From: a virus
Virus record (IMG/VR): IMGVR_UViG_3300041964_000072
Coordinates: 68,739-132,738 of that record
Direction: 5' to 3' (one strand)
DNA: 64,000 bases
The position numbers and the translations under genes were made by a program. The notes beneath the pieces are model-generated. The model did no database searches, was not told where the DNA came from, and saw nothing but the letters and a program-made list of their open reading frames with translations. This document shows, one piece after another, positions 43,799 to 53,817 of the stretch. The stretch's first letter is position 1. Each line of letters begins with the position of its first letter.

Positions 43799-46018
43799 AT
43801 GAAATCCGAGATTTCTGTACAAAAGCGCAATGGTTCCCTAGCACCTCTTGACATCAATAAGATCAAGCAGGTAATTCACTGGGCATCAGATGGGCTGGAC
43901 GTTAACCCGCTAAAACTAGAAGCGGGAGTAGAAGGAATTTTCCATCAAGGCATTGAAACCCGTGCCATCCAAAACAATCTGATCAATAAAGCGGTTGCAA
44001 TGACTTCCTTGGAAGAACCGGACTGGCGCTATGTTGCAGGACGCTTGGTAGTGATGAATTTGCGAAAAGAAACCATTCTTTTGAGAGGGTACGAATATTC
44101 ACCACATAACTACCTTAATCATGTAGCCGCAATGATTGGTAATGGATTGTACTCGTCTCAACTCTGGGAATACTCAGAGGAGGAGCTACGGGAGGCAGGA
44201 CAGTGGATGAATCTGGACTGGGATCTTGACTACGACTATGCAGGGGCTTGCTTACTGCAAAGTCGCTACCTAATGGTAGGTGAGCTTCCCCAGGAGATGT
44301 ACTTGACGATCGCGCTACTGCTGGCATCAAAGGAAAACCTGGATAAGCGAATGTCCTTCGCCTACGATTTCTACTGTGCGATCGCTCAACGCAAGATATC
44401 ACTGGCTACCCCGCTGCTCTTAAATCTTCGTCAACCTAATGGCAATCTATCCAGTTGTTTCATCATGTCGGTAGGGGATTCCATTGAATCGATCTACAAC
44501 AACTTGCATCGAGCGGCAAGGATTTCTCAAAATGCCGGAGGGCTGGGAGTTGATGTGTCCCAGATTCGTGCCAAAGGTAGTTGGGTGCGAGGAACCGCCA
44601 ATGCATCTAGTGGTGTTTTGCCTTGGATTAAGTTGTACAACGACACGGCTGTAGCGGTAAATCAGCAAGGACGGAGAGCGGGAGCATTCACAATCGCTCT
44701 GGGAATCTGGCATCTAGATATTGAGGATTTTCTTGAAATCCAGACTGAGGTAGGTGATATACGCAAAAAGAGCCTTGACATCTTTCCTCAAGTAATTATT
44801 CCTGATGCATTTATGCATCGAGTGGTCAGGGATGAGGATTGGTATCTTACAGACCCCTATGAAGTGAAGCAAGTCTTGGGGCTGTCCATTTCTGAAATGT
44901 GGGGAGCTAAGTTCATCATGGCTTACCGCTTAATTGAAGATGCGATCGCAGATGGCAGGATTACACTTTATAAAAAGGTGTCTGCGAAAAAACTGTTTGT
45001 CAAGATCATGCAAACGCAGATTGAGACTGGGTTGCCCTATATTGCCTTCAAGGATTCCATTAATCGCTACAACCCTAACAGTCACGAGGGTACAATCCCT
45101 TGTGTGAACCTATGTACGGAATCTTTCTCCGTCGTTCACACCGATTTAGCGTATCATGTCTGCAATCTCGTCTCTCTGAATTTGGGTAACATATCGGATG
45201 ACGAGCTGGAAGGATTCTGTCAGCTATCAGTCCGGATGCTCGACAATGCAATTGATTTGTCCAAGGCTCCTGTAGCGGAAGCTGATAACCACAATTATCT
45301 GTACCGAGTGATTGGAGTCGGCACGTTGGGACTGGCGGACTGGCTTGCGTTAAGAAACCTGACTTATCGCAGTACTGGTACTAAAGAGACAGTTTCTCGC
45401 CTCTACGAGGATATTGCCTACTACTGCATTAAAACCAGTGCAGACCTAGCGACTGAGCGAATGCCCTACATGGCATTTGAGCATAGTTCTTGGGATTTAG
45501 GGCGCATGATTGGGAAATCATTATTCTGGTTTCAGGAAAATAGTTATGACTTTCCCCGCTGGAAAGCATTGCAAAAGCAAATCCTAAATACTGGAATTCG
45601 TAATTCTCAGGTACTTGCGATCGCCCCAAATACGTCATCAGCCTTATTGCAGGGGGCTACGGCTAGCATCTTACCTCCATTTTCCAGAATGTTCGTGGAC
45701 AAGAATTCTAAGGGTTCTGTGCCCCTGCTCCCACCTTATATTAAAGAGCATTTCTGGCACTACCTAGAGAACAAATCTCTTGATCAGAAAATCATTGTAG
45801 ATCTTGTAGGGACAGCGATTCAGCCTTGGGTAGATACGGGGGTGTCGATGGAATTGCTGTTTAATTTGAACAGCCCAGAGGTGACGGCTAAGTACATCAT
45901 GGAAACCTTAATTGATGCCTGGAAAAAGGAATGTAAGGCTATCTACTATATCAGAAGTATCCAAAAAAATACTGAGGCGATCGACCGCTCCCAAGAATGC
46001 GAAATGTGTGCTGCATGA
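43799..46018 (+). CDS. nrdA: Class Ia ribonucleotide reductase alpha subunit with ATP cone
   Basis: ATP cone VQKRNG; SSC, NLCTE, CNLVS, IAPN, YYIR and a C-terminal CxxC. Confidence 0.95.
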   Translation: MKSEISVQKRNGSLAPLDINKIKQVIHWASDGLDVNPLKLEAGVEGIFHQGIETRAIQNNLINKAVAMTSLEEPDWRYVAGRLVVMNLRKETILLRGYEYSPHNYLNHVAAMIGNGLYSSQLWEYSEEELREAGQWMNLDWDLDYDYAGACLLQSRYLMVGELPQEMYLTIALLLASKENLDKRMSFAYDFYCAIAQRKISLATPLLLNLRQPNGNLSSCFIMSVGDSIESIYNNLHRAARISQNAGGLGVDVSQIRAKGSWVRGTANASSGVLPWIKLYNDTAVAVNQQGRRAGAFTIALGIWHLDIEDFLEIQTEVGDIRKKSLDIFPQVIIPDAFMHRVVRDEDWYLTDPYEVKQVLGLSISEMWGAKFIMAYRLIEDAIADGRITLYKKVSAKKLFVKIMQTQIETGLPYIAFKDSINRYNPNSHEGTIPCVNLCTESFSVVHTDLAYHVCNLVSLNLGNISDDELEGFCQLSVRMLDNAIDLSKAPVAEADNHNYLYRVIGVGTLGLADWLALRNLTYRSTGTKETVSRLYEDIAYYCIKTSADLATERMPYMAFEHSSWDLGRMIGKSLFWFQENSYDFPRWKALQKQILNTGIRNSQVLAIAPNTSSALLQGATASILPPFSRMFVDKNSKGSVPLLPPYIKEHFWHYLENKSLDQKIIVDLVGTAIQPWVDTGVSMELLFNLNSPEVTAKYIMETLIDAWKKECKAIYYIRSIQKNTEAIDRSQECEMCAA

Positions 46019-46164
46019 ATGATGAAGAGGATTTGAAACGAATAATCGTTACCTACTGTCCTTTCTGTGGAGGCGATTCGATAGCTGCTCTGCAAGGACA
46101 GTTCATTTGCACAGACTGCAATGCCCGTTGGGATATTTCATCTACTACTGACGAAGAAGAATAG
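46015..46164 (+). CDS. Small zinc-ribbon protein
   Basis: CPFC...CTDC, 49 aa, ATGA overlap with nrdA. Confidence 0.55.
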   Translation: MNDEEDLKRIIVTYCPFCGGDSIAALQGQFICTDCNARWDISSTTDEEE

Positions 46165-46167
46165 CTA

Positions 46168-46434
46168 ATGCAAACACTTGACCTAACCAACATCGACAAG
46201 TACCACATAGCAAACTGGTTTTCCCATCACCCTGTAGACTTTGAAGGAGGACAAGATGAAATATACAACAAAGTACGGCATGACTTCCGATTAGTTGCGA
46301 TCGGATTGTGCCAAACAATTCCTGACACCCCGGAACGGCAATTTGCGATCAACAAGCTAAAAGAAGCAATGTGGGCAGTGAATCACGCAATTGCTTGTAA
46401 TTGGGAGTTACGCGATCCCAGTAAACGGATGTAA
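46168..46434 (+). CDS. Acb2/Tad1-hairpin-like small protein
   Basis: FSHHP...Q..IY..VR...IPDTPERQFAINKLKEAMWAVNHAIA matches the P.SRE.SLA.TKLEEA.MWAN pattern. Confidence 0.55.
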   Translation: MQTLDLTNIDKYHIANWFSHHPVDFEGGQDEIYNKVRHDFRLVAIGLCQTIPDTPERQFAINKLKEAMWAVNHAIACNWELRDPSKRM

Positions 46435-46549
46435 GAACCCTAAATAATTCAAGATTCAGAATACAACAACTAAGTTTAGAAATCCCCTTACCCATTGATA
46501 AGTTTAGACATTTGGCTTTGAGGAATTTTCTCAGAACAGATGCTTTATC

Positions 46550-46903
46550 ATGGATGAAGAAACTTTATCAAGCAACGCTCTAAATGAGGAAGAAACAGAC
46601 CTTCCTTTGCCTACAGAGATAGATCGAATTACAGCATTAGAGCGGCGTTTGATACGATGCGAAAAAGGGATGAAAGCAAACCGTGCATTTGCGGTTTTGG
46701 CTTTTGTAGCATCACCAATAATATTACCGTGGCTACTCTTTGAGTTATCCAATGTGAGTTTTAATTTCTACGGTTTCCAGGGGACATTAAATTCCCGAAA
46801 GTTTGAGATTACCAATGAAATGAAAATGTACACAATGATTTTGGGATTAGGTGGGCTTGGAGTATTGAGTAAGGAGAAGGTTGAAAAGCTCTTAGTAAAA
46901 TAG
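46550..46903 (+). CDS. Small membrane protein
   Basis: Two hydrophobic segments. Confidence 0.6.
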   Translation: MDEETLSSNALNEEETDLPLPTEIDRITALERRLIRCEKGMKANRAFAVLAFVASPIILPWLLFELSNVSFNFYGFQGTLNSRKFEITNEMKMYTMILGLGGLGVLSKEKVEKLLVK

Positions 46904-47467
46904 GCTGCTTTTCTGCTTGTCCATTGTAGATTCACTCCTTACTTGGTTCCGCTCTTTATTTGTTCCCGCTAAAAAGCCCCTTCCTCCTCCTGCAATATTC
47001 CAGAATGTACCGCAAGCGTCAGACTGGAGGGAGGGGAAATCCTTGTATGCAGGATATCTACCACTAACCCGCAACAAAATCCACTATTTAGAATGCAAGC
47101 CTATTGGATATGCCGATAGACATGCTGTATGGAAACCAGGAATTCCAACTCCCACGCATACCATAAGCTTCTATTACTACAAAGCCGAAAAAGATAGCGT
47201 AAGAACAACAATTTTTGTTGATTTTTGGAACTGCAATGTTATTCGAGATTACAGCCCAGATTGGATTGCTGTAAAACGCCTCATGCCAGCGGTTTTCAAT
47301 GAAATCATGTGGACAACCAAGCAGGAACGTATTAAAAGCCCTGTAGCAATTGAGCTGGATTTATCTCCAATTTCCCTTTTACTGAAAGGAGAGTTGTCCG
47401 AACTTCATTGGAAAACATATATCGCAAGCACGTTGAAAAACATTCCATTAATAGACAAAAAAAGTAA

Positions 47468-48538
47468 ATGATCGCAGCACTGCCAACAAAGACTTTATTC
47501 AATCCAAACGGGGATGATTCCGTAAGCAAACGTCAGCTCATTCATGGAAATTCAACGAACATCTTAAATCTCAACAATGTTCGCTTTAAATGGGCAACAA
47601 ACTTGTACAGAAAGATGGTTGAAAACTTCTGGATTCCAGAAAAAGTAGACATGACAAATGATGTAGCTGACTACTCAAAGCTTACTGAACATGAGCAGAG
47701 AGCATTTGATGCTACGCTCTCTTTTCTAATATTTCTGGACAGTGTTCAAACCCAAAATATTCCGAGATTAGCGGATTATGTTACTGCTCCTGAAGTAACT
47801 TTGTGTTTGACGGTACAAGCCTTTCAAGAGGCTATCCATGCAAAATCATACCAATACATTATTGAGAGTACAATTCCCCCTGAAAGGAGGAACAGTATCT
47901 ATGACCATTGGCGAGACAATCATATACTCTATATCAGAAATCAGTATATTGCTGCCATATTCCAAGAGTTTGTGGATTTTCCCACTGAGATTTCATTCCT
48001 TAAAGCAGCGATTGCTAACTATCTTCTGGAGTCACTTTATTTCTATAACGGTTTCAATTTCTTCTTCAACCTTGCGTCACGACACTTAATGCAGGGAGCG
48101 GCGGACATCATTAGGTATATTGCAAGAGATGAGCAAACTCACATCGTAATATTTGAACGTTTGATTGCAGAATTGCGGGAAAGCCTGATTGCCAAAAAGG
48201 TAATTGATTCTTTCTATTACAATTCTCTTGTCAAGGAGATGATGAGTCATGCTGTAATCCAAGAAATAGAATGGGCTGATCATTTGCTAGGTAATAATAT
48301 TTTGGGAGTCAGTACCGAATCTACGGATACTTACACCAAGTATCTTGCAAATGTTCGACTGCAAAAAATCCTGGTAGACAGGCTATACCTGGATGACAAG
48401 TATGAACACAACCCCTACGAACACCTAGAGCGCTTATCGGATAACTCAGGGGAAGGGGAGATTAAAGCAAACTTTTTTGAAAGCACTCCCACTTCCTACA
48501 ATCTATCCTCGGCTGTAGCAGGGTGGGATGACTTATAA
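47468..48538 (+). CDS. nrdB: Ribonucleotide reductase beta subunit
   Basis: FWIPE, LDSVQ, EAIH..SY, LESLYFYNGF, RDEQTH. Confidence 0.95.
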   Translation: MIAALPTKTLFNPNGDDSVSKRQLIHGNSTNILNLNNVRFKWATNLYRKMVENFWIPEKVDMTNDVADYSKLTEHEQRAFDATLSFLIFLDSVQTQNIPRLADYVTAPEVTLCLTVQAFQEAIHAKSYQYIIESTIPPERRNSIYDHWRDNHILYIRNQYIAAIFQEFVDFPTEISFLKAAIANYLLESLYFYNGFNFFFNLASRHLMQGAADIIRYIARDEQTHIVIFERLIAELRESLIAKKVIDSFYYNSLVKEMMSHAVIQEIEWADHLLGNNILGVSTESTDTYTKYLANVRLQKILVDRLYLDDKYEHNPYEHLERLSDNSGEGEIKANFFESTPTSYNLSSAVAGWDDL

Positions 48539-48765
48539 AAGTGACGGAACTTATTAAGCAAGGACAAACCTTTAATATTATGTTTGGAAGTAATCATCAA
48601 ACCCAATGTCGATTAGAGGCATTGGAAGATATCCCAGTATTAAGGGAAGGTGAAGTTGCAAATGAATGGTTTTTTGTCAGGTGCTTAGATTGCGGTGATT
48701 TAGCATTCCCTTATAACGTGATGAAGCTAGCTATTTGGAAAAATCAACTTATAGGAGATTAGATC

Positions 48766-49224
48766 ATGATCTATATTGTTCATCCCTCAGAAATGCCTAC
48801 CACTCCAGCGAATAGGCGAGTGATCCGGGTTCCCAGCTACATAAGCCCTCTATCAAATCCTTTCTCGGTTAGATGGAGTAGTACAGTACCTACTCCTGTA
48901 CTAAAAGCATATCGAGAATGGTTCAACAGCAACATCGCTGCTTATGGAATTCCTCACTACCGCAAATCCCCGCTGCATGGGTTAGATGAGATCGCTCATT
49001 ATCATGGCGTAAGGTTGTGTGAGAATTACCAACCTCCCAAGGTTGAAGATGTAAAATTCCGGCTGGATGCGATCGAGCGGCTACTTTTTAATAATCGGAT
49101 CATCGAACTCGCTAGTTTTTGGCACCCCAAGCCTTGCCCTGCTTTAATAATTAAAGAGTATTTAGAATCACAAGTGCTTGGGTATGGAGAAATTGAAGTC
49201 CGAAATCAAAGCATTCTTTGTTGA
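48766..49224 (+). CDS. DUF4326-like protein (degenerate)
   Basis: SPLSNPF, AYREW, HPKPC. Confidence 0.5.
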   Translation: MIYIVHPSEMPTTPANRRVIRVPSYISPLSNPFSVRWSSTVPTPVLKAYREWFNSNIAAYGIPHYRKSPLHGLDEIAHYHGVRLCENYQPPKVEDVKFRLDAIERLLFNNRIIELASFWHPKPCPALIIKEYLESQVLGYGEIEVRNQSILC

Positions 49225-49537
49225 GAAGCGCTACCCTCATCGGCAGCACTTTCGCAACAACTGTATGAAGATATACATAAGGCACACTTTCAGGAGGCGA
49301 GAGGAAGGGAGGTTTGATTACGGTATTTGTATTGCTAATATCGAAGTTTACGAGCGGTATAGGGGCAAGCAAATCGGACGAAATATGATTCAATTCATTC
49401 ACCAGGAACATCCAGGGACATTTACGCTGGTAGAAAGTGTAGGAAATCCCTGGCTGCGAGATTGGTTAATTAAGAACGGTTGGAACATGGAAAGTGTATA
49501 CAACTATATTTTGTGGAAACCTGCCCAACATAAATAA
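49178..49537 (+). CDS. GNAT-family acetyltransferase-like protein
   Basis: IANIEVYERYRGKQIGR. Confidence 0.65.
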   Translation: MGMEKLKSEIKAFFVEKRYPHRQHFRNNCMKIYIRHTFRRREEGRFDYGICIANIEVYERYRGKQIGRNMIQFIHQEHPGTFTLVESVGNPWLRDWLIKNGWNMESVYNYILWKPAQHK

Positions 49538-50254
49538 TTGACCAGTTGCTATAAAGCCTTATTCATCAGCGACGTGCATTTAGGAACTCCTCAGTGTCGG
49601 GCTGATGACCTGATTATGTTGTTAAATTCCCTCAGCTTTGATCGCTTATTCTTGATTGGCGATATCGTGGACATCAAGAAGCTCAAGGAACGATGGTATT
49701 TCCCTGAAACTCACCTGGAAGTCCTACGAAGGATACTGTTTCTCTCAGAGGTAATAGATGTAATCTACTTGCCAGGTAATCATGAGTTAGCGGAAAACAA
49801 CAAATTTCTCAAAGGTGGGGGTCTGCGGATTGGCGACGGTATAACTGTGTGCCGTCGCTTCTCTTATGATGGGTACTTGCTTGTCCACGGGGATCAGATC
49901 CCGTTTGGTTCTACTCCCTTACAGCGGGATTGGTACAAACTGCTCGAATTTTTATACAACAAATCCAAGCGAAAATCGGCATTTATCAAATGGCTGCGTA
50001 AACGAACCGTCAACATTACGGATTACGTGGATAATTTTCATCTTCATGCCCTACGGTATTTGAAAGAATCTCCAGATCACAAAGGAATTATTTGTGGTCA
50101 CAATCACTTACCTCAAGCATTGAAGAAAGGAGATTACACATACCTTAATTGTGGAGACTGGGTAAAAAACTCCTCTGCAATCGCTCAAAAAATAGATGGA
50201 ACATTTGAACTCATATCCTGCAAGGATTCTGAGTTAAAGATTCATGACTTTTAA
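49538..50254 (+). CDS. Calcineurin-like metallophosphoesterase (LpxH-like)
   Basis: SDVHLG, GDIVD, PGNHE, VHGD, CGHNH, NCGDW. Confidence 0.85.
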   Translation: MTSCYKALFISDVHLGTPQCRADDLIMLLNSLSFDRLFLIGDIVDIKKLKERWYFPETHLEVLRRILFLSEVIDVIYLPGNHELAENNKFLKGGGLRIGDGITVCRRFSYDGYLLVHGDQIPFGSTPLQRDWYKLLEFLYNKSKRKSAFIKWLRKRTVNITDYVDNFHLHALRYLKESPDHKGIICGHNHLPQALKKGDYTYLNCGDWVKNSSAIAQKIDGTFELISCKDSELKIHDF

Positions 50255-50450
50255 TGCCACAACTCTACACAATATTGCTCAGTGATGGGCATAAGCAGAT
50301 AAAAGAGACTGCCGAAATAGATGTAATTATCCAACGATTTTTAATTCCTGGTTACGGAATTGAGAATTTACTCTGTGATCCGGAATTCAATTACATCTAC
50401 CTTGAGTTTGGCTTGCATACAATAAGCATCGAGAAAAATAATGGCAATTA

Positions 50451-50960
50451 GTGAAACTAAAAATCAAGAAACTGAATTCTGACGCTATAATCCCAACTCG
50501 TGCGAATCCTACTGATTCTGGAGCAGACCTTTATAGCTGTTTGGACGGAGTAAGTACCGTAATCTACCCATTCAGCAGAAAGCTTATTCCTACAGGGATA
50601 GCAATTGAATTGCCTGAGCCTGTAGTCTTGGATTTTACGTCCTCAGAAGGCTGGGCAAGAGGAGGCTTACGGATTCAATGGGAAGCTCAAGTTCGCTCAA
50701 AAAGCGGACGTGCCTTGAATGAAGGGTTATTTGTTTTGAATAGTCCAGGCACGATCGATTATGGCTATTCAGGAGAATTGAGAATTATCCTTTACAATTC
50801 GACATATAATGCCGTGACGATTCTCCATCACGAGAAAATCGCTCAATTGGTATTATGTCCGATTGTTGTCCCAGTTCTTGAAGAGGTGGCAGTAATGTCA
50901 GTAAATCAAGACCGGGGTGATCACGGATTCGGATCATCAGGGTTGTATTTGGCTGCTTAA
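50451..50960 (+). CDS. dut: dUTPase
   Basis: GADL, RSKSG, GTID.GY.GE, RG..GFGSSG. Confidence 0.95.
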   Translation: MKLKIKKLNSDAIIPTRANPTDSGADLYSCLDGVSTVIYPFSRKLIPTGIAIELPEPVVLDFTSSEGWARGGLRIQWEAQVRSKSGRALNEGLFVLNSPGTIDYGYSGELRIILYNSTYNAVTILHHEKIAQLVLCPIVVPVLEEVAVMSVNQDRGDHGFGSSGLYLAA

Positions 50961-50963
50961 ATC

Positions 50964-51335
50964 ATGTGTCTGGATGAACTTATTAAGATAGCGCCTGTAA
51001 TTATTCATAGGTATGTGCATGGTGGCGCTACCATCACTCAATTAAGTGAGGAATACAAAGCATCTAAGGGGGATATCAAAGCGGTACTTAAGATCCACAA
51101 AGTTCCCTTACGACCTCCCTATAAACGGGCGCTATCTGACATCCAGGCGCAAGACATTCTTGAACACTACATTCCTGGCAGTAAAGATTTTGGGATAGCG
51201 TACTTTGCAAAAAAGTACAATGTATCCATAAACACAATAAATAATCTACTGCAAGGGAGAACCTACAAGCATGTCCACAAGCTTGTAGCAAGGAATACAT
51301 CAGAAGATACCAAAGATATTGATGACCCACAATAA
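50964..51335 (+). CDS. Double-HTH DNA-binding protein
   Basis: TITQLSEEY and IAYFAKKYNVSINTI...GRTYKH. Confidence 0.6.
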   Translation: MCLDELIKIAPVIIHRYVHGGATITQLSEEYKASKGDIKAVLKIHKVPLRPPYKRALSDIQAQDILEHYIPGSKDFGIAYFAKKYNVSINTINNLLQGRTYKHVHKLVARNTSEDTKDIDDPQ

Positions 51336-52011
51336 CGAAGTGCAGTTGTTGGGCTTTTATGGCTCAGATCAAACTCACTGCCTCTCTGCATGGCAATCTA
51401 CGTCTGTAGAGCTTGGTGTTCCACTACCTGATGATATCCAGAAGCGGATTGAATTTTTGTACGATCAAACGGTAATCAAGAAAGCGAAATCCCCTAAAGA
51501 TTTACTCAGCTTTCTTGCAATTCATAAACATGAAACTCCGTTTGAAAAGTCTTGTATCCACTTTCAAGTTTGTGGAGATATCGCTAGCCACATTCACTTG
51601 ATTAAACATCGCATTGGTGTCAGTATCAATGCTGAATCAGCACGTTACAAAGAATACGTCCTCGATAAGTATTACCTCCCAGAGGACTGGGATGAAGAGG
51701 AGCGCATTGCACTAGAAGATCACACGCAAGAATGTTTTCGTCGCTATCACGCTGCAATTAAGCGACTGGTAAAGAAAGGTATGTCTCGTAGCCGTGCGAA
51801 AGAGTCCGCACGTTATTACTTGGGGTATGCCCTTCAGTTGAATTTTGATGTACTGTTCAACTTCCGAAGCTTCATGCATTTTTTGAGTCTCCGGTACAAC
51901 CATGCAGCTCAGCGGGAGATTCGCATGATCGCTGAAAATATGTTGAATCAAGTTAAAGCCATTCCCGACAATCCTTTTCAATATTCTTTACAAGCATTCG
52001 ATCTGGAGTAA
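51319..52011 (+). CDS. thyX: FAD-dependent thymidylate synthase
   Basis: HETPFE, KHR...NAESARY, NFRS..HF..LR...AQ.EI. Confidence 0.93.
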   Translation: MMTHNNEVQLLGFYGSDQTHCLSAWQSTSVELGVPLPDDIQKRIEFLYDQTVIKKAKSPKDLLSFLAIHKHETPFEKSCIHFQVCGDIASHIHLIKHRIGVSINAESARYKEYVLDKYYLPEDWDEEERIALEDHTQECFRRYHAAIKRLVKKGMSRSRAKESARYYLGYALQLNFDVLFNFRSFMHFLSLRYNHAAQREIRMIAENMLNQVKAIPDNPFQYSLQAFDLE

Positions 52012-53036
52012 TGATCATGAACACCGAAACTCTTGTCAGTCAAGCATTAATCAGTAAGTTCGGTATCGCAGAAGCAAGGGAAGCTGTACGAGATTATGCG
52101 ATCGCAGTCGATCCACCAATCTCCCTTAAAGAATTCTTCCTGTCCTGGCAAGTAATTGCCGAACCTTTTATTAAGAAGCCTGAAAAGAATACTTCCCCTG
52201 AAACTGTTGCACGCCCTTCTACTGAAGAATCAAAGCTTGCTTTACTTGTTAATAACGATCAAAAGCATTTGGAGAGCTTGCGTGTAAAAGGGCTGGAAAC
52301 CTGGATTGATACTCGACTCGAACATAGTCCAAATTCAAAGGTATTTGTAGGGATTTTATTTGATCGAAATTCCCAACAGTATATTGTTGACCCCTTGCTG
52401 AAAGTATCGCTTTATTGCGACTACCGTGCTTACTGCGAGGCAGAAAACTTGCCGATGATGAAGCCGGAGCGGTTCTACAGTCAAATATCTCAGGTATGCC
52501 AATGTCGGCTACTTAACTCAGCAATTCGTTTAAATGGTAATAGTACTCCCTACTTAGCAGGAGTTCGCCTCAAGAAAGAAGATTCTGAGGTGCCTACCGT
52601 AGTCCCAGCAGTAGAAGCAGAGGTGCCGTCACTTCCGGCAATGACCAGCTATTCACAGGTCAAATACTTCTACTTAAAGTATGTAGACCAAATACTGTAT
52701 TTGATGTATATCTCCAATATTCCAGAGATTAAGGTAAAGCAGTTGTGTGAAAAGGCAGAGCAAATGTATGCCTTTAGCGAAGAAGAGTGTCAAGTCTATC
52801 CAGAGGCACACCAAAACATCGTCTGGAGGTACGGATATATACGAGCTATGAGGTATCTGCAAGACACGTTAGGTTATGTTGAGAACCTGAAATCAGCTCG
52901 AAATGGGTACACCCATAAATACAAATTGACTCAAAAAGGGATCAATGCAGCAGGAGAATTGAGAGCAAAAATTGCTAATGATCCTGGCTTACTCCCGTTC
53001 AAGCCGACAGCCTACACAGGAAAGAAAGTAGTATGA
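52011..53036 (+). CDS. Protein with D5/primase-type winged-helix segment
   Basis: LYCDYRAYCEAENL...FY...GVRLK. Confidence 0.4.
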   Translation: MIMNTETLVSQALISKFGIAEAREAVRDYAIAVDPPISLKEFFLSWQVIAEPFIKKPEKNTSPETVARPSTEESKLALLVNNDQKHLESLRVKGLETWIDTRLEHSPNSKVFVGILFDRNSQQYIVDPLLKVSLYCDYRAYCEAENLPMMKPERFYSQISQVCQCRLLNSAIRLNGNSTPYLAGVRLKKEDSEVPTVVPAVEAEVPSLPAMTSYSQVKYFYLKYVDQILYLMYISNIPEIKVKQLCEKAEQMYAFSEEECQVYPEAHQNIVWRYGYIRAMRYLQDTLGYVENLKSARNGYTHKYKLTQKGINAAGELRAKIANDPGLLPFKPTAYTGKKVV

Positions 53037-53737
53037 CCAACATAATTGCATTTGCGGGATACCCTAATACAGGAAAGGACACAGCCGCAAAATACTTTGC
53101 GGATCGCTCCTTTCATTTGAAATTTGCATTACCTCTTAAGCGGTTTTGCAGTAGTTTGTTCTGCGTCCCTCTCACCTTCTGGGAGGCAAGCGATCGGGAT
53201 ACTCCTATGCCGGAACTTATGGGAAAATCTCGAAGGCAAGTTTTGCAAGCGATCGGGCAAGGAATGAGGGAAATGGTTCATCCCGATATATGGCTGCATT
53301 GTATTAAGAGGGACTACAGCTATATTCTTCGGAATCATAACGTAGTGTTTTCGGACTTGCGATATCCCAATGAGATGCGATTTATTCAGGAGTTGGGTGG
53401 GATGATTGTCTATCTCACCAATCCCCGCAGCCAGCAAAATCACACCCATGAAAGTGAATCTCATTACGCCATTATCCAAGAAGAGGCAGATGAAATCATT
53501 CATAATGATCGCAGTATTGAGCTGTTTCATCAGGTGTTGGAATCTCGTGTAGGATGGCACTTAGATGCAAAAACGCTTTCTACGATCCCCTTAGATCTCA
53601 CAGGGATAATGACCTATGAAAAATACATGCGCCTCCAGGGAGCTGGTTGGTCAGTTGGTACAGCAGACAGCTTCTTGGATCTATCTCAGGATGAATCCGA
53701 TTTACTCGATGAGAGAGTAAATGAAGGAATGATCTAG
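53033..53737 (+). CDS. Deoxynucleoside monophosphate kinase
   Basis: AGYPNTGKDT, FALPLK, RQVLQ, SDLRYPNE, HESE. Confidence 0.9.
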   Translation: MTNIIAFAGYPNTGKDTAAKYFADRSFHLKFALPLKRFCSSLFCVPLTFWEASDRDTPMPELMGKSRRQVLQAIGQGMREMVHPDIWLHCIKRDYSYILRNHNVVFSDLRYPNEMRFIQELGGMIVYLTNPRSQQNHTHESESHYAIIQEEADEIIHNDRSIELFHQVLESRVGWHLDAKTLSTIPLDLTGIMTYEKYMRLQGAGWSVGTADSFLDLSQDESDLLDERVNEGMI

Positions 53738-53817
53738 TACACTGCATATTACAGTTTTGCCTCCTCCTCATGGCAATATGGGTGTTGCACTAACAACACC
53801 CTTCCTTCCTTTCCTTT

